In this document: piece after piece, positions 37,185 through 42,694 of the stretch | How positions within the stretch are numbered: position 1 is the stretch's first letter | Layout of the letters: each line of letters begins with the position of its first letter | Source of the DNA: a virus | Lineage: Duplodnaviria > Heunggongvirae > Uroviricota > Caudoviricetes | Strand: one strand, 5' to 3' | DNA: 42,694 nt | IMG/VR virus record: IMGVR_UViG_2690316224_000012 | Location: 1 to 42,694 of that record | Notes under the pieces: model-generated | Seen by the model: only the letters and a program-made list of their open reading frames with translations | Databases searched by the model: none | Told to the model about the DNA's origin: nothing | Made by a program: the position numbers and the translations under genes

Positions 37185-37604
37185 ATGAAGAGGATTATCG
37201 GCGTTGTTGCTGGCGCTATATTGTTATCTGGGTGCGCAACTATTGTTGGTGACGAAACACAGCTCGTGCAAGTGAACAGCAATCCTTCCGGTGCGAGCTT
37301 TAAAGTAAAAGACGAATCAGGCGTGATTGTTGCGCAAGGCAAGACCCCGCAAGGAGTAACTCTTGCCAAGTCAGATGGTAGTTATTTTGGCAAAAAGAGC
37401 TACCAGATCACTATGGAAAAGGATGGGTACGAACCAGTTACCCTGCCAATCAAAGCCAATGCTAATGGTTGGTATATTGGTGGAAACCTTGTGTTTGGTG
37501 GGTTAATTGGTTGGCTTGCTGTAGATCCTTTTAATGGTGGGATGTATACCTTGAAGCCAAAAGAGGCAAACGCATCTCTTATACCATCAACAAAGCAAGA
37601 CTAA
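37185..37604 (+). CDS. Lipoprotein (moron)
   Basis: Signal peptide with lipobox AILLSGC; mature part has PEGA-like beta-rich sequence and a Gly-rich hydrophobic C-terminal segment. Confidence 0.6.
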   Translation: MKRIIGVVAGAILLSGCATIVGDETQLVQVNSNPSGASFKVKDESGVIVAQGKTPQGVTLAKSDGSYFGKKSYQITMEKDGYEPVTLPIKANANGWYIGGNLVFGGLIGWLAVDPFNGGMYTLKPKEANASLIPSTKQD

Positions 37605-37615
37605 TAAATAGGACC

Positions 37616-37635
37616 AACCGTCAGGTGGTTTTTTT
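37616..37635 (+). terminator. Weak intrinsic terminator after the lipoprotein gene
   Basis: AACCGT-CAG-GTGGTT hairpin (with G-U pairs) followed by T5. Confidence 0.4.
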
Positions 37636-37687
37636 GTACAAATCCTTCAGCCAGTACATAACTACTGACACTTAACCAACGCAACGA

Positions 37688-37710
37688 CCCAGCTTCGGCT
37701 GGGTTTTTTT
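37688..37710 (+). terminator. Strong intrinsic terminator
   Basis: CCCAGC-TTCG-GCTGGG followed by T7. Confidence 0.75.
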
Positions 37711-37759
37711 ATGCCCAAAATTCACCGTAGCTACTCAGCGGCTATGGCCTTGAGAGATA

Positions 37760-37782
37760 GCACTACACAAAAAGTGTAGTGC
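37760..37782. promoter_or_regulatory. Perfect inverted repeat GCACTACAC-AAAAA-GTGTAGTGC upstream of the tailspike gene
   Basis: 9-bp arms with a 5-bp spacer, flanked by 10-bp direct repeats TCACCGTAGC (37722..37731 and 37800..37809). Confidence 0.35.
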
Positions 37783-37846
37783 AAAAAGCGAACAAATACT
37801 CACCGTAGCCATGCTGCGGCGATTCCTTGTATCTGGAGCAAATTAA

Positions 37847-40084
37847 ATGACAGACATTACAGCCAATGTGATCGTATCGATGCCTTCGCAACTCTTCACT
37901 ATGGCTCGTTCTTTTAAAGCCGTAGCCAATGGCAAAATTTATATCGGTAAAATTGACACTGACCCGGTAAATACTGAAAACCAGATTCAGGTTTATGTAG
38001 AGAACGAAGATGGTTCTCACGTTCCTGTTTCGCAACCAATCATCATTAACGCTGCTGGATATCCGGTATATAACGGACAGATTGCCAAATTCGTAACCGT
38101 GCAAGGCCATTCTATGGCTGTTTATGATGCGTATGGTGCGCAGCAGTTCTATTTTTCGAATGTGCTGAAGTATGACCCTGACCAACTCAGGCAAGATCTT
38201 GCATCTCAAGGAGGTGTTAATCTGGTAAACGGAGCTATCTCACAGGAAGATCTTGTTTTGCAGTCGATCACAAAAATTCCAAGTTATGATAATTCTAACG
38301 TAGTCCAGGCGTGGCGCGATAGTGTTGCGACCTACGGGTATGTTTACTTCTCTAATCATTCAAAAAATCAGATGGTGTACACCGTACCGTCTACAGCTGC
38401 TAACGCTTCTTTCCTTGCGAACAGTAAAGTAATCATTGATAAAAATGTCACCCTGAGATTCGACAGTGATCTGTACTCACTGTTTAAATCGTTGCAGTAC
38501 GAGGGGGAGGGTACGTTTGAATTTACGCACCTGAACTTTAAAGCAACCGGTGGAGAAGTGGATTATCTGGCTAAGCAGGCCATCCTCAACCGAAACCCTA
38601 TTCGCATGAAGCGAGTGGAATGGTCAGATTGTAAAGTTTATTCCATAAATGGTGACACGTTCTTCTATGAAGGTGAAGTCACCATATCCTCAGATAGCGC
38701 AGCTATCTTCCCCTTAACTACTGACCGTACAACAGGCCTGTTCGCACCAATAGATATTGGAGAGCATATTTCTGCACATATTCGTATGGAGTCTCAGGCC
38801 GCCTCAGAAGTTGGGATTGTTCTGCGATGCTCTGGTGGTTGGATGATGTTCTATGGGGCACCAGGTGCTACACAGTGGTCTTATAGACAGAAACCAATTG
38901 GTGGTCCAGTAGCAGAAGGAACTCCATTCCCGCTGCCAGGAGGTTTACTGTCGTACGCCCCGGGCAAAGCAACCGTTGGCGTATCACTGCAAGGTAAAAA
39001 CTGGGCGCAGATAACGATGAATGGCGTTGGGATACGTTTGCCCTTTGATACTGCTGATGTAGGGGATGTATACGAAGTTGGGTTTGTTGCACTGACCACG
39101 GCATCTGGAGGTTCTGCGCGTGTAACTGGATTATGCAGCTACACCTCTGATAATGGCGTGCACGGTAAGCCTCCACTTAATATCCTTATCCACGGTGATA
39201 GTACAGCTGAGGATTTCATTTCCGCGTTCAGCTCGTACATTCCGCAATTAATGGATGGAGCGAACGGCCACCGTTCATATAGCATTGTAAACAAGGCGGT
39301 TGCCGGACAGACAATGAGGCAACAGTTAGATCTCCTGAAGGCTCAGGGGCCGGGTGATGCTTACATCGTTATTATGGTTGCCGGAACTAACGAAGGGCAG
39401 GCAAACCAAAACGGCGATTATATGGCGTCATTGATAGATGAGTTTGTCTTATATTGCAATGGCCTTGGTCGTATCCCTGTTTGGGTTGAGCCGTGGATGT
39501 GGTATAGCCAGTCATTTATTGGAGGGGCTGGCCAGCCATCTTCTAACTACGACGGTGTCGCAGAGTTGCGAGAAGCTGGTAAACGCCAGATGATGAAATA
39601 TGGCAATAACGTCATTTGTGTAACAACAACTCACCAGCTCCCGGCCCCATATCCAGAGTATTTCAACACGCAATACGACCCACTTCTGCGTGATGACATT
39701 CACCAAAGCCAGTTAGGGTATCGTCTGTATGCGGAAATTATCTGCTCTGCCATTATCGACTGGTGGTCGCGTGTTGATTACACGCCAAGAGCAGCTGTTC
39801 AATGGTGGGCTGGAACAAACGTAACAGTACAGGCACCGTCAAGTTTAACTGCCAATTCAATTAATATTGAACTGGCAGCCACTTCATTTGCGAATGGCAA
39901 TACTGTTCTAACGCTTCCGAGGTGGTGCAGACCAAAAGTAACCAAAAATGTCCCTGTACCGTTCACTGCTGATGGCGTTTCATTTGGCATGGCAATGGCC
40001 ACCATTAATGCTTCAACAGGACAAATATCGATTGAAGGGTCCACCACTACATCTCCAACGTTCTACATAGATGCGACATGGTAG
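37847..40084 (+). CDS. Tailspike: P22-type head-binding N-terminal domain fused to a receptor domain with SGNH-hydrolase (esterase) motifs
   Basis: N-terminus [11 protein letters not shown]...[12 protein letters not shown]...DTDPVN...VTVQGHSMA matches P22 gp9 residues 1-110; C-terminal part has GDS ([14 protein letters not shown]), GxNE (VAGTNEG) and DxxH ([11 protein letters not shown]) blocks. Confidence 0.8.
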   Translation: MTDITANVIVSMPSQLFTMARSFKAVANGKIYIGKIDTDPVNTENQIQVYVENEDGSHVPVSQPIIINAAGYPVYNGQIAKFVTVQGHSMAVYDAYGAQQFYFSNVLKYDPDQLRQDLASQGGVNLVNGAISQEDLVLQSITKIPSYDNSNVVQAWRDSVATYGYVYFSNHSKNQMVYTVPSTAANASFLANSKVIIDKNVTLRFDSDLYSLFKSLQYEGEGTFEFTHLNFKATGGEVDYLAKQAILNRNPIRMKRVEWSDCKVYSINGDTFFYEGEVTISSDSAAIFPLTTDRTTGLFAPIDIGEHISAHIRMESQAASEVGIVLRCSGGWMMFYGAPGATQWSYRQKPIGGPVAEGTPFPLPGGLLSYAPGKATVGVSLQGKNWAQITMNGVGIRLPFDTADVGDVYEVGFVALTTASGGSARVTGLCSYTSDNGVHGKPPLNILIHGDSTAEDFISAFSSYIPQLMDGANGHRSYSIVNKAVAGQTMRQQLDLLKAQGPGDAYIVIMVAGTNEGQANQNGDYMASLIDEFVLYCNGLGRIPVWVEPWMWYSQSFIGGAGQPSSNYDGVAELREAGKRQMMKYGNNVICVTTTHQLPAPYPEYFNTQYDPLLRDDIHQSQLGYRLYAEIICSAIIDWWSRVDYTPRAAVQWWAGTNVTVQAPSSLTANSINIELAATSFANGNTVLTLPRWCRPKVTKNVPVPFTADGVSFGMAMATINASTGQISIEGSTTTSPTFYIDATW

Positions 40085-40085
40085 T

Positions 40086-40113
40086 AAAAACATGGAGGCA
40101 ATACGCCTCCATG
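40086..40113 (-). terminator. Hairpin terminator between convergent tailspike and integrase genes
   Basis: CATGGAGGC-AATAC-GCCTCCATG perfect 9-bp stem; T5 follows on the minus-strand transcript. Confidence 0.5.
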
Positions 40114-40292
40114 CTAATAACTCAAATGCTCTTAAAATACTCTTAAGGAGATGATCAGCGCTTTTATTAACATCAACCATCTATGTGCGTTATAGGTTAA
40201 TTATCTCCATGTGATGGCAGACAAAACTGAGACACACAAAGCTTTGCACTGGATTGCAAGGCTTTGTGCTCTTAGATAGTAGTTAAGGTGGA

Positions 40293-41450
40293 TCACTCCA
40301 CCTTCCCATCAAGCCATTCCGCCCACCACTGCATCATTTCTCTGCGCTTATCTAGATACTGAGCATGGTTGTAAATCCCGCGCACAGATCCGCCGTTGGC
40401 ATGTGCAAGTTGCACTTCAATAGCGTCAGCAGGCCATTCGTGCTCGTTCATAATCGTGCTGAATTCATGCCTGAATCCGTGACCGCTTTCCAGACCCTCA
40501 TAGCCGATTTGTTTAATCACAAGTAGCACCGCGTTCTCGCAGATTGGCTTCTTCTTATCGTTGCGTCCGGCAAAAACAAACTCTGATACTGGTTTGGTGA
40601 TTGAGCTTAGCGTAGTGAGAAGTTCAACCACCTGGTCTGACATAGGAACCACATGAATTTTGCGTCCCTTCATCACACTGGCGTCGATAGTGATAATCCT
40701 GTTTTCAAAATCGACGTTCTTCCATTGCATGGAACGAAGCTCTTTCGTTCTTAGGGCTGTGTAGCGTAAAACTTTGGTCGCAATGAGCGATACGATGCTT
40801 CCTGAAAATGTTGCCAGTGCTTTGTTGAATGCCGGGATCTGGTCTGCAGGAAGAAACGGGAAGTTCTTCTTGCGGTATCCTTTCATGGCGTCTGCAAGGT
40901 CAGGTGCCGGGTTATATTTAGCCCTACCAGTGACAATAGCGTAACGGAAAACCTCGCCGCATCTTCTGCGTGCTTTGTTGGCTCGCTCCATTGCGCCGCG
41001 ATCTTCAAATCTGCGGATTACTTCCAGCAGTTGCATCGGCTCAATATCCTGAATTTCAAGGCCGCCGATGATAGGTAAAATGTCGTCATCAAACATTTTT
41101 GCAAGTTCAGTTGCATAGCCTACTGACCAGACTTGCTTCTTGTGCTCGTACCATTCCTTGTAAATCGCACTAAAGGAATTGTTGTTAGACGAAGCCTTTT
41201 TCGCTTTTACCGGATCGATGCCAACCGAGATGTCTTTCCTCGCAGTCCATGCTTTATCCCTTGCCTCCTGCAAAGTCATTAGCGGATATTTTCCTACGGT
41301 CAGGATTTTCTCCTTACCGTCAATCTTGTAGCGAAGCTGCCATACCTTTTTCCCTGACACAGGGACATAAAGGTACAGGCCATTACCATCGAGTAGGCGG
41401 TATGGTTTTTCTTTCGGCTTTGCTGCTTCAATCTGCTTAACGGTGAGCAT
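40293..41450 (-). CDS. intS: Tyrosine integrase, IntS (KplE1/CPS-53) type
   Basis: Track ORF begins with GTG at 41486; ATG at 41450 gives 385 aa starting MLTVKQIEAAKPKEKPYRL..., as recalled for E. coli IntS; adjacent to argW. Confidence 0.85.
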   Translation of the reverse strand: MLTVKQIEAAKPKEKPYRLLDGNGLYLYVPVSGKKVWQLRYKIDGKEKILTVGKYPLMTLQEARDKAWTARKDISVGIDPVKAKKASSNNNSFSAIYKEWYEHKKQVWSVGYATELAKMFDDDILPIIGGLEIQDIEPMQLLEVIRRFEDRGAMERANKARRRCGEVFRYAIVTGRAKYNPAPDLADAMKGYRKKNFPFLPADQIPAFNKALATFSGSIVSLIATKVLRYTALRTKELRSMQWKNVDFENRIITIDASVMKGRKIHVVPMSDQVVELLTTLSSITKPVSEFVFAGRNDKKKPICENAVLLVIKQIGYEGLESGHGFRHEFSTIMNEHEWPADAIEVQLAHANGGSVRGIYNHAQYLDKRREMMQWWAEWLDGKVE

Positions 41451-41611
41451 GGGTAAAAATCCGGTGGGTAAAATTATTTTATCCACTTTTTACCCGTCAT
41501 GGAGTGCGGCTGTCAACGATCTGACGCGAACCATTACGAACTGTGAATCTACGGAAGGCTTGATATTCAGGGGATTTTGCGGACTGGTACGGATGGGAGC
41601 GAACTGATAAA

Positions 41612-41626
41612 TGGTGTCCCCTGCAG
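41612..41626. repeat. attR core (argW 3' end), TGGTGTCCCCTGCAG
   Basis: Identical 15-mer to 1690..1704. Confidence 0.7.
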
Positions 41627-41686
41627 GAATCGAACCTGCAATTAGCCCTTAGGAGGGGCTCGTTATATCCATTTAACTAAGAGGAC
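41612..41686 (-). tRNA. argW: tRNA-Arg (anticodon CCU), argW
   Basis: Reverse complement GTCCTCTTAGTTAAATGGATATAACGAGCCCCTCCTAAGGGCTAATTGCAGGTTCGATTCCTGCAGGGGACACCA folds as a cloverleaf with a CCU anticodon. Confidence 0.9.
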
Positions 41687-41761
41687 AATGCGGCATGAGT
41701 ATACCCGCTAATGGACTGCGGGGTAAGTACGCTGCCGCTCGATTGCTTAAACCCTCGCCAT

Positions 41762-42694
41762 TTATGCTGGGTTTTTATCATTTTTCTTAATGTTTTCCGC
41801 ACGTTCTGCTTTTTGGCGTGCTTCTGCTTTACGCTTGTTGCTCATGTCGTTACGAATCTGTGCATGACTCATTAACGCGAAGATAAAGGTGCCGCCGCAG
41901 ATGTTCCCCGCTAAAGTAGGTAGTGCGAAGGGCCAGATGAAATCGCTCCAGTGCAGCGTGCCGTTAAACACCAGATAGAGGATTTCAACAGAACCGACAA
42001 CGATGTGGGTGGTGTCACCCAGTGCAATAAGCCAGGTCATCAATATAATCACCACAATCTTTGCCGCACCCGCAGCAGGAAACATCCAAACCATAGTGGC
42101 GATCAGCCAGCCGGAAATGATCGCGTTGGCAAACATCTCGCTGGGGGTGTTCTTCATCACATCCATGCCGATTTTGACAAATGCATCGCGAGTTTCTTCA
42201 TTGAAGATAGGCATATATTCAAATGCCCATGCAGCAATACCTGTCCCGAGAATATTACCCAGCAGCACGACGCCCCATAATCGCATAAGTAAGCCGACGT
42301 TGCTCATTGTCGGTTTTTGCATGACGGGTAGTACCGCAGTCACGGTGTTTTCGGTAAATAATTGCTGGCGGGCCATAATGACGATAATAAAACCAAAGGT
42401 ATAACCGAGATTCTCCAGTAAGAAGCTGCCTGGCACTCCTTCCAGTTCGACATGAAATATCCCTTTTGCCAGTAGCGAAGCGCCCATCGACAGACCCGCC
42501 GCAATGGCTGACCACAGTAGCGCCATTGCGTCGCGTTCCAGCTCTTTTTCACCATCCTGGCGGATATGCTCATGAATTGCCATCGCCCGGGAGGGGAGTC
42601 GGTCTTCATCTATTTCTATTTTTTTGCCGCGCTCTTTTTCTTCGCTCTCAACTTCAATTTCGTCGCTGTGTTGATCAATTTTGTCGTTGTCCAT
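41762..42694 (-). CDS. yfdC: Formate/nitrite transporter-family inner membrane protein YfdC-like
   Basis: 310 aa, acidic N-terminus then about six TM segments; position next to argW matches E. coli yfdC. Confidence 0.75.
   Translation of the reverse strand: MDNDKIDQHSDEIEVESEEKERGKKIEIDEDRLPSRAMAIHEHIRQDGEKELERDAMALLWSAIAAGLSMGASLLAKGIFHVELEGVPGSFLLENLGYTFGFIIVIMARQQLFTENTVTAVLPVMQKPTMSNVGLLMRLWGVVLLGNILGTGIAAWAFEYMPIFNEETRDAFVKIGMDVMKNTPSEMFANAIISGWLIATMVWMFPAAGAAKIVVIILMTWLIALGDTTHIVVGSVEILYLVFNGTLHWSDFIWPFALPTLAGNICGGTFIFALMSHAQIRNDMSNKRKAEARQKAERAENIKKNDKNPA

Larger units (their letters stand above)
1690..41626. mobile_element. P22/Sf6-like lambdoid prophage integrated in argW (KplE1/CPS-53-type int/xis module)
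   Basis: Bounded by 15-bp direct repeat; complete immunity, replication, nin, lysis, packaging, head, tail and integrase modules; integrase adjacent to intact tRNA. Confidence 0.85.

Noticed and set aside
40279-40304. Hairpin AAGGTGGA-TCAC-TCCACCTT overlapping the intS stop codon as a terminator
   Set aside because: No U-run follows on the minus strand; the 40086..40113 hairpin is the more plausible terminator.

Overview
The window is an Enterobacteriaceae (E. coli-type) chromosomal segment carrying one intact-looking, roughly 39.9-kb P22/Sf6-like lambdoid prophage inserted into the 3' end of tRNA-Arg (argW). The left edge is a complete cscB-like sucrose permease gene (1..1248); the right edge is argW (41612..41686, minus) and a yfdC-like FNT-family membrane protein gene (41762..42694). 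The prophage is bounded by a 15-bp direct repeat TGGTGTCCCCTGCAG (1690..1704 and 41612..41626). Gene order left to right: TorI-like excisionase; minus-strand early-left genes (DUF551 protein, Ea22-like proteins, RecT, Gp157/Gam-like, cIII-like, N-like antiterminator); nutL and OL/pL; a small membrane protein in the rexAB position co-oriented with cI; cI; OR/pR; cro; nutR; cII; O-like initiator containing origin iterons; DnaB-type helicase; a nin region (NinB, Dam methyltransferase, NinE, NinF, Rha/KilAC antirepressor, YbcO, RusA, NinH, Q); two phage tRNAs; a lambda-type S/R/Rz/Rz1 lysis cassette; P22/Sf6-type small and large terminase, portal, scaffold, coat, gp4, gp10, tail needle, gp14 and three ejection proteins; two convergent secreted/lipoprotein morons; a tailspike whose C-terminal part carries SGNH-hydrolase motifs; and an IntS-type integrase next to argW. 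No single large novel system is evident. The best candidates for undescribed accessory functions are the rex-position membrane protein, the moron pair before the tailspike, the duplicated nin module with small membrane proteins, and the small gene pair beside torI. All homology calls are from memory of protein families and motifs read in the translations; no database search was run. Coordinates of elements not anchored to the ORF track (tRNAs, hairpins, repeats) were counted by hand and may be off by a base or two.
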